Source: a virus (Duplodnaviria; Caudoviricetes). Taken from it: 40,629 nt of DNA. Under the pieces are notes generated by a model that was not told the origin of the DNA, ran no database searches, and worked only from the letters and a program-made list of their open reading frames with translations. Location: positions 1-40,629 of the IMG/VR virus record IMGVR_UViG_3300044477_000284. One strand, given 5' to 3'. This document shows positions 26,158 to 35,809 of this stretch, in pieces; within the stretch, counting starts at the first letter, position 1, and the number at the start of each line of letters is the position of its first letter. The translations under genes and the position numbers were made by a program.

Positions 26158-27884
26158 TGGCGTCGTATTTTGTGGACAAGGCCGCGGGCGCAGACACGAA
26201 CTCGGGGACTTCGGCGGGGGCGGCTTGGAAGCATTGTCCGGGGGATTCGCTTGCGACCGGGAGCGCGTCGGCTTGTGTGCTGGTGGCTGGGGATTTTGTT
26301 TACTTCAAGCGCGGGGTGACGTACCAGGGGGGGCAGATCACGTGCGCCTCGAGCGGGGCCGTGAAGGCTTCTGGGTCGAACGGGACGATCACGGCCGGCG
26401 GGGTTTTCGCGTCGAGCGGGGCGGGTTTCCTGACGGCGGGAGTGACGGCGGGTCTGGATTGGCTCTACGTCTACCACAACAAACAGGCTGTAACGGGGAC
26501 GTGGGTGGAGGCGTGTGGGCTCTACGCGGTGGCGTCGGTGGATTCGGAAACGCAGTTGACGCTGGGAAGTTCCCCGGCGCGAGCGTGGGCGACGGCGGAA
26601 CTGCCGTATTTCGTGATTCGTCCGATCACGTACAAGGCCGCCGTGGGGTGGGGGACGGGGGACGCGACGCTGTCGGGAGGGTCCTCGTTGTCCGTTATTA
26701 TCAGCACGGGCGACAAGTCCTCGCTTCGATTTGAGGGGTTGAGTTTCACCGCCACGGCCTCGAGTGGGAACTATTACCGGGCGGCGCTCTGTCACCTGGC
26801 GAACGGATCGGACCATGTGCATGTGGTCAACTGCACGTTTTCGAGTTGCGGAGACAGCGGTCTCTACCTTGGGGGCAAGTATGTCTATGCCTCGGGTTGT
26901 GTCGCCACCTCCTGCGCGGCGTATGGGGTTCGCCTGGCCGGAGAGTCGAGCCATTATGAGCATAACGAAACGCATGACGGTTGCCGGGGCGGCGCCCAGG
27001 GAGGCCGTTGGGCGATCATCCGATACAGCAAGTTTTACAACCATGTGACCTCCTACAACGGGTATCATTCCGATTCAATCGGTTACATTGATGGGGGCTC
27101 TTCTTCGTATAACTCGTTCGGGTGGATATACGGTTGTCTGGTGGACAATTTCATCGAGGCGATGGCTCTCTATGGGACAGGTGGTGGGATGACGAACTGG
27201 GTCATCCATAGCAATGTGGTTGTTTCGCGGCGTTCTCAAACCGGGTACGGAGACGGCAGCGTCATGTTGCAGGGGTGCCGTTACATGTACTTTTTCAACA
27301 ATACTTTCGTGGGTTACAACGACGGCGTTCTTGGTGGGATCGGCTCCAATTGCTTCTATGTAGAAGATCATGTAGCGGGGGCCGACGCGACAGACAACTC
27401 TTACCTGGTTTTCCGGAACAATATCGTCTATGCGACAGGCGGGAATGCGATCCGGCTCGATGCGAACCAGGCTGTTGGGGCCGATATAAACCGGAATCAC
27501 TATTGTATCACGGGTGATTCTACCCCATTTCTCTATGCGCTGGCTGAAGAGTCTCTGGCTCAGTGGCAGGCCCTTGGCTTTGACACGGAAGGATTTCATT
27601 CCACGCATGGTCTTGCTACAGATCCGGCCTTCACTGATTTCACAAATCTGGATTTAACCTTGTCCTCATCCAGTCCCGATATCGGAATCGGTGAAGATTT
27701 ATCCGCCTACTTCACCCTCGATCGTGCTGGACGGCCGCGGACGGTGACAGCGTGGGACCTGGGGGCTTACGGATATTCGAGCGGGAGTTCGGGTGGGACG
27801 GAAGAGCCGAGCGAGACGGGGGATTGTCTGGTCCTGTCGATCGGTGGCGGAGTCCTGGCTTTCAGGGTGGCCACGGGAGGATAA
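26157..27884 (+). CDS. Right-handed beta-helix (pectin-lyase-like) virion protein
   Basis: YFVDKAAGADTNSGTSAGAAWK start; YFFNNTFV, FRNNIV, LSSSSPDIGIG, WDLGAY motifs. Confidence 0.75.
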   Translation: MASYFVDKAAGADTNSGTSAGAAWKHCPGDSLATGSASACVLVAGDFVYFKRGVTYQGGQITCASSGAVKASGSNGTITAGGVFASSGAGFLTAGVTAGLDWLYVYHNKQAVTGTWVEACGLYAVASVDSETQLTLGSSPARAWATAELPYFVIRPITYKAAVGWGTGDATLSGGSSLSVIISTGDKSSLRFEGLSFTATASSGNYYRAALCHLANGSDHVHVVNCTFSSCGDSGLYLGGKYVYASGCVATSCAAYGVRLAGESSHYEHNETHDGCRGGAQGGRWAIIRYSKFYNHVTSYNGYHSDSIGYIDGGSSSYNSFGWIYGCLVDNFIEAMALYGTGGGMTNWVIHSNVVVSRRSQTGYGDGSVMLQGCRYMYFFNNTFVGYNDGVLGGIGSNCFYVEDHVAGADATDNSYLVFRNNIVYATGGNAIRLDANQAVGADINRNHYCITGDSTPFLYALAEESLAQWQALGFDTEGFHSTHGLATDPAFTDFTNLDLTLSSSSPDIGIGEDLSAYFTLDRAGRPRTVTAWDLGAYGYSSGSSGGTEEPSETGDCLVLSIGGGVLAFRVATGG

Positions 27885-27885
27885 G

Positions 27886-30159
27886 ATGAATCGTTATGTG
27901 ACACACAACGCGACGGGGAGCGGGGATGGGACGTCTGTGGCGAGCGCGTGGACGCTGGCTCAGGCTTTGACAAATTACAGCCGGGTGTCGGCCAACTATG
28001 ACGTTCTGTTGATTTGCAACACGGGTACGTACACGTACCCGAACGGTCTTCCTGCGACGGCGATGAATTTTACGAATGTGGGCACGGACGACTGTCCCCT
28101 GCTCATCCAGGGCGCGGACGCGAGCGGGAACTCGTATGAGGGGACGTCCAACATGGTGACGCTGGATGGTTCCGCCGATACGGGAATGACGGCCGGGAAC
28201 GCTATTTTCAACATCACGACGGCGAATTCGTGCCTTCTTTTCCGGAATATCCACTTCAAGTCGGCAAAGTCCCATGGTGTTTCTTTGGGCGCGGTGTGCA
28301 ATCCATATTTCATAGACTGCCGGTTTTCTTATGCCGGCGGGAGTGGATTCTACACGAACACAACGAGCGCGACGCCGACGTTCCACCGGTGCCGAATGGA
28401 CCACAACGCGGCCTGGGGTTTTTATGCAGGAAGCAGCGCGCGCGGGCGCGGACATTTCAACGAGTGTGTGGTGGACAACAACACGAGCGGTGGGATTTGC
28501 GACTCTGTGGGAGGGGACTACGCGCAGCGTTGCCGCCTGTGGCGGACGCTGATTTTCAAAAACGGGGGGCCTGGTCTCTATATTCTGGGTGCGAGCGGGT
28601 TGGGTGGTCTGACAGTTCAGCATTGTACATTTTTCGGGAACAGCGGGCATGGGATCGATCTGACTACCTCGGCGGCGGCGGGTGGAAATTTCATTATCGA
28701 GGGGTGTATTTTCTCGAATTCGGCCAACGCCATGAGTTGCATTTTTGCTGGAACGTCGAGCGCCGTTCGCCTGGATTTTTTCACGATGCGGAACTGTTGT
28801 TCGTACAACAGCGGCAGCGGTGCGCATCTTTATGTCGGCGGCGGCGCGGTGAGTTTTCCGGGGTCCGGTCATGTTTACGAGGATCCTTCGTTTGTGAACA
28901 CGACGAGCGGCTCGGAGGATTTGACTCCCCAAAACCTGAACCTTCGGAAGTCCCTGGCCAACGGTGCCGGGGGAACTTGCTATTTCTGGATCGGCGGGGT
29001 TCAACCGGCTCTGACAGTTTATACGGGTTCGAGCGGGGGAAGTTCGGCTCCGAGCGCGGCGGATGTGGCGGACGCGGTCCTGGCGGAACTGGTGAGCGAT
29101 CACAGTTCCGTTTCTGGGAGCCTGGCGGCGGCTCTGGCGGGGCTGTTGAACGGGGTGAACTTGACGAAGGTGAATGGGAGCTCGTTCTCTCTGGCGAGCG
29201 GATTGGCCACTGGGACGGACCTAGCCGCAGTGGCGGCGAATGTGGCCAGCATGATCTCGTCGGGGGTGCTGCTGGCAGCTTCGCAGACGCTCTACGCACC
29301 GTCGAAAGATGGGGCTGCTATGGCTCTGACGGCTACCGAGCGCGGTGTGCTGGCGGATGCAGTCCTTGCGGAACTAGTGAGCGATCACAGTTCTGTTTCT
29401 GGAAGCCTGGCGGCGGCTCTGTCCACCCTGCTGAACGGGGTGAATCTGACCAAAGTGAACGGGAACACGTTTTCTCTGGCGAGCGGATTGGCCACAGAGA
29501 GCGCACTTTCGGCTGTGGCCAATAATGTCGCGAGCATGGTCTCTTCCGGGGTTCTGCTGGCGGCTTCGCAGTCGCTCTACGCTCCGGCGAAGGACGGTTC
29601 CGCGATGGCGCTGACGACTCCTGAACGAGCGGCGCTGTCGGCGCGGCTGGCGGATGAGGCTTTGAGCGGTCACTCGACGGCGGGAACGCTGGGTAAGGCT
29701 CTATATGACCTGGCGGCGGGGGCGATCCTGATGAACCTGACGGCCGCCTATGAAAAAGCGAAGACGGCGGCTCAGCCGGGAGACGAGATGGCGGTTCCGA
29801 GTTCGGTGACGGAGCCGCTGGGCGTGATTCAGGCGGTGGCCCAGACTCTGAGCCGAATGATCTCGAATGACGCCTTTACCACGGAAGCGATGGGGAATGT
29901 CTCGGCGGGAGGTCTGTCTCATCTTCCGACGGATAAACCCCTGACTGTGACCTGCACGGACTCGAGCGGGAACAAGGTGTTCGGGGTTCTGGTGCGGGTG
30001 TGTCGTGATTTCGAGGGGTCGGATGTGACGGATGCCTGGCTTACGGACGACTCCGGGAAGGTGACGTTCTGGGTGACTCCAGGGGTGAAGTATTACGTTT
30101 TCCGGAAGCATTCGTCGGTGCGGTTCGTTCCGAATCCGATGGAGGTGACAGTCAATTGA
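27886..30159 (+). CDS. Beta-helix tail fibre/spike protein with 95-aa internal repeats
   Basis: Beta-helix repeats (HCTFFGNSGHGI, GCIFSN); 285-bp direct repeat at 29068/29353; C-terminal TDDSGKVTF Ig-like segment. Confidence 0.75.
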   Translation: MNRYVTHNATGSGDGTSVASAWTLAQALTNYSRVSANYDVLLICNTGTYTYPNGLPATAMNFTNVGTDDCPLLIQGADASGNSYEGTSNMVTLDGSADTGMTAGNAIFNITTANSCLLFRNIHFKSAKSHGVSLGAVCNPYFIDCRFSYAGGSGFYTNTTSATPTFHRCRMDHNAAWGFYAGSSARGRGHFNECVVDNNTSGGICDSVGGDYAQRCRLWRTLIFKNGGPGLYILGASGLGGLTVQHCTFFGNSGHGIDLTTSAAAGGNFIIEGCIFSNSANAMSCIFAGTSSAVRLDFFTMRNCCSYNSGSGAHLYVGGGAVSFPGSGHVYEDPSFVNTTSGSEDLTPQNLNLRKSLANGAGGTCYFWIGGVQPALTVYTGSSGGSSAPSAADVADAVLAELVSDHSSVSGSLAAALAGLLNGVNLTKVNGSSFSLASGLATGTDLAAVAANVASMISSGVLLAASQTLYAPSKDGAAMALTATERGVLADAVLAELVSDHSSVSGSLAAALSTLLNGVNLTKVNGNTFSLASGLATESALSAVANNVASMVSSGVLLAASQSLYAPAKDGSAMALTTPERAALSARLADEALSGHSTAGTLGKALYDLAAGAILMNLTAAYEKAKTAAQPGDEMAVPSSVTEPLGVIQAVAQTLSRMISNDAFTTEAMGNVSAGGLSHLPTDKPLTVTCTDSSGNKVFGVLVRVCRDFEGSDVTDAWLTDDSGKVTFWVTPGVKYYVFRKHSSVRFVPNPMEVTVN

Positions 30160-30269
30160 TAATTGACAATGGATAATGGATAGCGAACCGCAACCGATGA
30201 ACCACGAAAAACACGAAACACACGAAAACGGCGGGACTGCGAACCGATTGAAACACGAAGGAAACGAAG
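30154..30269 (+). repeat. Composite repeat array (A-linker-B); supplies the upstream TGA
   Basis: aatTGAtaattgacaatggataatggatagcgaaccgcaaccgatgaaccacgaaaaacacgaaacacacgaaaa. Confidence 0.85.
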
Positions 30270-30647
30270 ATGGCGAGTATCGGCGGGCGTAACGTGGCGA
30301 CTATGAAGGGTCAGATTCAGCCGGCTCATGAGGAGTTGGAGGAGTTCGCGCGCCCTGGAACGGATGGGTACACGGTTCGTCTTCTGGGACGTCGGGCGCA
30401 GAATTCGACGATCGAGACGTTTGTGGATCTTTCCTCGAAACTGGGGATCTCAACGGAATTGGTCGCGTATAAGGCGATGGTGGGGACGTTCGTGTCGGTG
30501 GTGGACTCGAAGGGGACGGTGTGGAACCGGGTGCTGGTGAAGGCGGTGGACCCGGTGGACTCCGGGGCGATCGGTCTGGGGGTGGGCGGTTTGTGCGGGA
30601 CGGGAGCCGGGGGGTTTCTGCGGTGCCGGTGGACGTTGAGGACGTGA
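30270..30647 (+). CDS. Putative tail-tip (distal-tail-like) protein
   Basis: 125-aa ORF in the tail cluster; the function is inferred from position. Confidence 0.55.
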   Translation: MASIGGRNVATMKGQIQPAHEELEEFARPGTDGYTVRLLGRRAQNSTIETFVDLSSKLGISTELVAYKAMVGTFVSVVDSKGTVWNRVLVKAVDPVDSGAIGLGVGGLCGTGAGGFLRCRWTLRT

Positions 30648-30652
30648 AAGGG

Positions 30653-30778
30653 AATGGATAATTGATAATGGATAATGGATAGCGAACCACAACCGAAACA
30701 GAAACTGTTTTTTGGGAACCGCAACCGATAACCGCTTGAACCACGAAAGACACGAAAGACACGAAAACTGCAACCGAT
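30653..30778 (+). repeat. Composite repeat array (A-linker-B)
   Basis: aatggataattgataatggataatggatagcgaacc...aaccacgaaagacacgaaagacacgaaaactgcaaccg. Confidence 0.85.
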
Positions 30779-30793
30779 TGAAGGGATCTGGGT

Positions 30794-31315
30794 ATGACGG
30801 TGAGTTATGGAGTTCCGGTGTGGCTGGATGGGGAACGGTGCCGTTTGTCGTGGTCGAGCGATGTGAGTGGGGCGGTGTTTCGGGTTTTCCGCGACGGCGA
30901 TCTGGTGAGCACAACTCGCGCCACCAGTCTGCTGTTCGTGGTGGGTCCGGGGGAATCTCTGGACGTGGAGGTTCTGGACGATGCTCTGACCGAGCCGACC
31001 TATAACGCGCCAGGATATGCGGTTCTGCATTGGTGGCCGTCGAGCGGTGCGGCCGCGTACCGGGTGGAGGAGTTTGTGGAGGGTGCCTGGTCTGAGTCCG
31101 GTATTGTCCGAGAGGATGGTCGGGGTTTTCTGTCGTTCAAGACCCGGTGGCTGGGTGATGGATATTCGGGCGCCTGGCGTGTTGTCCCCATTGGAGCAGG
31201 AGGGCTGGAAGGGGCTGCGGTCTTGTTCGATGTGCGGGTGGTTCGGTTTCCCGCTCCGCCTGTGGCGGCCTGGAGCGCAAAGGGAGGCGGAGTGGTGGAG
31301 GTGAGTTGGAATTGA
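30794..31315 (+). CDS. Virion protein, Ig/FN3-like beta sandwich
   Basis: LSWSS..FRVFRDG, LHWWPSSGAAAYRVE pattern. Confidence 0.6.
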   Translation: MTVSYGVPVWLDGERCRLSWSSDVSGAVFRVFRDGDLVSTTRATSLLFVVGPGESLDVEVLDDALTEPTYNAPGYAVLHWWPSSGAAAYRVEEFVEGAWSESGIVREDGRGFLSFKTRWLGDGYSGAWRVVPIGAGGLEGAAVLFDVRVVRFPAPPVAAWSAKGGGVVEVSWN

Positions 31316-31519
31316 TAATTGACAAAGGATAATGGAGAGCGAACCGCAACCGCAACCGAGAACCGCAGGTCTCGCGCAGAGACGCAGAGGCGCGGAGAAC
31401 CGCAACCGCCACCGATTGAACCACGGAAGACACGGAGACTGCTACCGATTTTTGGGAACCGCAACCGATAACCGCAAGAACCACGAAATACACGAAAACT
31501 GCAACCGAGAACCGCAGAG
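31310..31519 (+). repeat. Longest composite array (A-linker-C-linker-B-linker-B); supplies the upstream TGA
   Basis: Modules A, C, B (twice) and linkers in order over about 210 bp. Confidence 0.85.
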
Positions 31520-31533
31520 GAGATTTTTGAGAG

Positions 31534-33438
31534 ATGGGGGAGATTTGCGTGGGGGCTGACGGGGTTCGGTTGCTTCTCACCGGGGCGGATGCCGAGGGGG
31601 GGAGTCAAGGGGTTCACTCGCTTTCGCTTGGGGGTTTGTGCGGGTGCGTGGATCTGGCTTCGTTTGGCGTTCGGGTACGGAATGGGGGGTTCCCGGGGGT
31701 TGTTATTGAGTTTGCTTCTGGAATGAACGGCGCCGGAGACGGGATTCTGTCGGCGACGGATGGCTACCATTTGCAGTGGGCCCCACCCGGGCAGTCGAGC
31801 GGGGCGGCGGTTGCGATTGCGAATGGCGAGACTAAGGTTCTGAGCGGAAGCGATGTGAACCAATATGTTCGGGTCAGGCGGATCAGCGCATCTCCTCTGT
31901 CGGGTTCCCGGGTGGTGAATCTGCATGAGGTCTTCAACAATGCCCTGGGCGGGGAGGATGTGGAGAATCCGTCCGTTCAGGTTACGGAGTACCGGGGGCT
32001 GGCGCTGAAGAATGTTTCGGGGGGAACGGTTACGAATCTGCGGGTGTGGATTGATCCGTTTTTGACGGAGAATCTGGCGGTGGGTCTTGTGGCCGTTACG
32101 AGTGGGACCGGGATGCAGGATCTGGTGGTGGGCGGAGACCATGGGTCCGCTCCGAGTGGGGTGACGTTTTCGAGCGGTTACACGAGCGGGACAGGCGTGG
32201 CCCTGGCTTCCGTTTCGGCTGACGCGTATGCCGGGTTGTGGCTGCGAAGGATTGTGGCTGCGAACGCTCTTCCGTCTCCGTCGCGCCGGTGCATGATTCA
32301 CTGGCAATGGACACAGGGCGACGTGACCTATTTTGGTCAGGCAATCGGGAAATTCCGAGTGGCGCGGGACAGTTATTCCGAGGTCAGGCTGTTTCACGCG
32401 GTGGGCGCTGCTCCTGACTTGAATGGGTCTTACACGGTGGTGTCGAGTTCTCCGGCTCAGGTGACGGGTCTGACAACTGCCGGTCGGCATTATTTCGCGT
32501 TGCGCCGGCGGAACCGATACGGGCTGGTGAGTCAGAATGTGGAAACGTGGAGTGTGGAACTGAATTCAAGCGGGAACGTGGTGGCTGACGCTCCGAGCAG
32601 TCCGAGCGAGGTCTCCCTGGTGGGTGGTGCGAGCGGTTCCGTGGTGGTGTCTGCGTTGTACGCTTACGCCGCGGACGGGTTGAAGCAGGGGAACGAGTGG
32701 CGGATCTGGGTGACGACGAACGGGAGCGATCCGAACCTGTTGAGCGCGCCGACGGCCATCGTGACGATGGGGAAGTCTGACGGGCTGGCGAAGTTATCCT
32801 ATGCGGTGACGGGCCTGAGTGGATCGTGGGAGGTGCGCGCGGTGGTTCGGGTGGGTCGGACGTCGGACTCGAAAGTCTCGATAAACACGGACGTCCACGC
32901 GCTGACGGCGGCGGGCGCCGCGCTTGGTTCGGCGGCGGCGGCCTGTCACTTCGCGCTGGCCACCAAACCGGAAACGGTTCTGACGGTGTGGGGCAGCGGG
33001 AACAACCGGATTGACGTAGTGAAGGAGACAGGCGCGTTCCGTTTCATCCTGGGGGGCGTGGTGGTGGCGGGGGTGACAAACGGTCGTTTCTTCGCGAGCA
33101 AGGTGACGCCGGTGGTGGTGAACCCGTGGGGTTCTGTTCGGGTCCTGTCGGCGATGATCGAGATTGACAGCGGAACGGGGGCCCTGGAGATCGGGTGCTG
33201 GGTGAACAGTCGCTGGGAACGGCAATGGGAGATCGATACGGCGGGGAACGTGCGGGTGGCCTCTCAATTCACGAGTTCGTCTTATCCAGACAACACGCAC
33301 GTGTCGAGCCAGTATATCGAATGGGACGCCGCGGGCACCCGGGTTCGATTCAATGACGTGTATCACGGGGGGAAAACGGTCCTCTCGTACGGGTACTACA
33401 ACGGAGGGTTGACGGCCAAGGGGTGGCGTGGGTTGTGA
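31534..33438 (+). CDS. Minor tail / structural protein
   Basis: 634 aa, beta-rich with an FN3-like segment; tail cluster. Confidence 0.7.
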   Translation: MGEICVGADGVRLLLTGADAEGGSQGVHSLSLGGLCGCVDLASFGVRVRNGGFPGVVIEFASGMNGAGDGILSATDGYHLQWAPPGQSSGAAVAIANGETKVLSGSDVNQYVRVRRISASPLSGSRVVNLHEVFNNALGGEDVENPSVQVTEYRGLALKNVSGGTVTNLRVWIDPFLTENLAVGLVAVTSGTGMQDLVVGGDHGSAPSGVTFSSGYTSGTGVALASVSADAYAGLWLRRIVAANALPSPSRRCMIHWQWTQGDVTYFGQAIGKFRVARDSYSEVRLFHAVGAAPDLNGSYTVVSSSPAQVTGLTTAGRHYFALRRRNRYGLVSQNVETWSVELNSSGNVVADAPSSPSEVSLVGGASGSVVVSALYAYAADGLKQGNEWRIWVTTNGSDPNLLSAPTAIVTMGKSDGLAKLSYAVTGLSGSWEVRAVVRVGRTSDSKVSINTDVHALTAAGAALGSAAAACHFALATKPETVLTVWGSGNNRIDVVKETGAFRFILGGVVVAGVTNGRFFASKVTPVVVNPWGSVRVLSAMIEIDSGTGALEIGCWVNSRWERQWEIDTAGNVRVASQFTSSSYPDNTHVSSQYIEWDAAGTRVRFNDVYHGGKTVLSYGYYNGGLTAKGWRGL

Positions 33439-33454
33439 CGAGTGGGAGACTGAG

Positions 33455-35668
33455 ATGGGTCTTGTTCAGACGATAGCGCCGCAGAGCAGCGGGGAAATCA
33501 CCCGGGTGGAGCAGGTGGAGGTTCGCGTGAAGCGGACCTGGGAGTCGGGTTGGGAATCGGCTCCGTATCTGTACCCGGTTTCGAGTTTGTGCCAGACGTT
33601 TCCCGGAATCGGTCGGGCTCAGTTCGAGTATGACTATGGCTATCTGGCGCGTCCGGATCAGTCGAGTTTTTCGCGGTATCGTCCGCTGGATCTGGCGGGA
33701 TACTTTGCGCAGATTGTGGTGGTGGGGTGGGGCGGCGAGGAGGTTCTCTGGGTCGGGATTCTGGATATTGATTCGGAGCAGGTGGACGGGAGCGTCCACG
33801 GGGCTTCGGGTCGGCAGGTGCTTCAGGGGTTCGAGTTGGGGCATCTGCTGGACCGGGTTACACTGACGAAATGCTGGGCGTACGATCCGCGATTGACTGC
33901 CGTGGTGAATGTGGGGAGCCTTCCGGATTTCAACCACAAGGGCCTAGTGGGACTTCAGACGCTTGGCAACCGGAGCACGGGGAAAGCGGTTCATCCAGAG
34001 ACTGGCGGCACGTCGTATGTTTTCGGCGGGAGCGCGACGTGGAGCAATCTGGATATTCTGGAGTATTTACTGACGTGGCATTCGGCGGGTCCGTTCACGT
34101 GGGTCTTGTCGGGTCAATATGGGGTTCTTTCCCAGATTTCCGAGATCCACCGTTTCGAGGGCATGACGCTGTGGCATGCGCTGGGGGACCTGATAGACCG
34201 CCGGAGGGGTTTGGGGTGGCGGGTGATCCCTTCGGAGAGCGGGGTGCTGATTCTTCATGTTTTTTCCGTCCTGGGCGATCCGATTTGTTTCGGGGACGTG
34301 ACGATTCCGGGGAATCCGGACCGGATTCCGAACCTGCGCCTGGACACAGACGTGACGATTGACGGTTGCCTGATGCACAATTCGGAGGCAACGGTTTTCG
34401 ATGAAATCGAGGTGATCGGTGAACCGATCACGACGTGCTTTACGGTGTCCTTTGCAGACGGGAGCCTGGAGCGTGGATGGACCGAATCTGAATTCCAGGC
34501 GTATGTGGACCTGAACGAGTTGGGAAGTAACTGCGCAGACGCGACGCTGAACGATCAGGTGCGCGCGCAGGACAAATACAAGGTTGTCTTTCAGAAGTAC
34601 CGGATCTCGCCGTTCTGGAATGGACTTCAAGTTTCGAGTTACGGGTCGTTTCCCGTTTTTCCTGTGTGCCTGACCAATGGGACGATCGACCCGACGGTTT
34701 CGGCGGGTTTCATTCGGAACTTCAAGTCCCTGGAGCGTCACCTGCCGTTCACCAAACCGGCGACGATTGCGGGCGCCGAACCGGAGCACCAGGAGCCCCT
34801 GGTGTTTTTTACGCTTTCGCCGACTTCCGGGGGGAGTTACCTGATTCAGGCAGACACTCCAGGTGACGCGAAGTGCTCGGTTCGGATGGCGGACGGTGAA
34901 CTGGGGCTGATGGTCGAGGGGAAGATCAACCACGTATTAGCAAAGGGAATTTTCCTTCCGCAGGAGGGGTACAGCACGGCCACGAAGATCGAGCCGCTGG
35001 TGGATTACCGTTCGATGTACGCAACGGTGGCGGTGAAGACGGATGAGAACCTGCGGGTGGTGGTGCAGGCGCGGCCGGTGCAGGATGGGCAGATGCCGCG
35101 CCGGTTGACGATCAAGACGGATGGGGATTTGTGGTATGTGGCGCCGGGTACGGTGACGGGTTTGCTTCCGGTTTATGTTCCTCCGCCCGATCCAAACGAC
35201 ATCATCCTGCATCCCGGTTACTGGACGATGACCCTGAATCGTGTGGCGGGCGGGGTGGTGTATGACGACAGTCCGCGGTTGCGTCAGATCGGGCTGATGG
35301 CTGCGGCGTGGTATGGCCAGTCCCGGCTGGCGCTTCAGGTGGGGTGGCAGAAGTTGACGGTTCCGGCCCCGCTGGGTGCCTATCTGGATTCGGTGAGCAC
35401 GGCGGGCCGTCGCCTGGCGGCGGGGACGGTCGTGACGGCGATCGAGCACGATTACCTGAAATGCCGGACGGAGTTGAGGACGAGTTATCTGGATCTGGAT
35501 TTCCTGACGAGCGTTTCGAAGGGGGATCGGAAGTTTTCGTTCTTCGACAAGCGGCTGCGCAAGTTGGAACGGCGGGGGGCTAACCTGGTGGACCGATCGG
35601 GTGGCGGCGGTGGAGGAACTCAGATTTACAAGAATGGAGACTGGCTGGCGTGGGCGGAGGGGGACTGA
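33455..35668 (+). CDS. Putative tail hub / baseplate-like protein
   Basis: About 737 aa; layout resembling tail-tip hub proteins (inferred). Confidence 0.6.
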   Translation: MGLVQTIAPQSSGEITRVEQVEVRVKRTWESGWESAPYLYPVSSLCQTFPGIGRAQFEYDYGYLARPDQSSFSRYRPLDLAGYFAQIVVVGWGGEEVLWVGILDIDSEQVDGSVHGASGRQVLQGFELGHLLDRVTLTKCWAYDPRLTAVVNVGSLPDFNHKGLVGLQTLGNRSTGKAVHPETGGTSYVFGGSATWSNLDILEYLLTWHSAGPFTWVLSGQYGVLSQISEIHRFEGMTLWHALGDLIDRRRGLGWRVIPSESGVLILHVFSVLGDPICFGDVTIPGNPDRIPNLRLDTDVTIDGCLMHNSEATVFDEIEVIGEPITTCFTVSFADGSLERGWTESEFQAYVDLNELGSNCADATLNDQVRAQDKYKVVFQKYRISPFWNGLQVSSYGSFPVFPVCLTNGTIDPTVSAGFIRNFKSLERHLPFTKPATIAGAEPEHQEPLVFFTLSPTSGGSYLIQADTPGDAKCSVRMADGELGLMVEGKINHVLAKGIFLPQEGYSTATKIEPLVDYRSMYATVAVKTDENLRVVVQARPVQDGQMPRRLTIKTDGDLWYVAPGTVTGLLPVYVPPPDPNDIILHPGYWTMTLNRVAGGVVYDDSPRLRQIGLMAAAWYGQSRLALQVGWQKLTVPAPLGAYLDSVSTAGRRLAAGTVVTAIEHDYLKCRTELRTSYLDLDFLTSVSKGDRKFSFFDKRLRKLERRGANLVDRSGGGGGGTQIYKNGDWLAWAEGD

Positions 35669-35672
35669 GGGG

Positions 35673-35782
35673 CAATGGATAATTGACAATGGATAATGGA
35701 TAGTGAACCGCGCCCGAAACCACCACCGAAAACCGATTTCAACCACGAAAGACACGAAAACTGCAATCGCGAACTGTAACCG
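35673..35782 (+). repeat. Composite repeat array (A-linker-B)
   Basis: caatggataattgacaatggataatggatagtgaaccg...aaccacgaaagacacgaaaactgc. Confidence 0.85.
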
Positions 35783-35809
35783 TAGGGAAGGGATTGAAGG
35801 GAACCGCAA

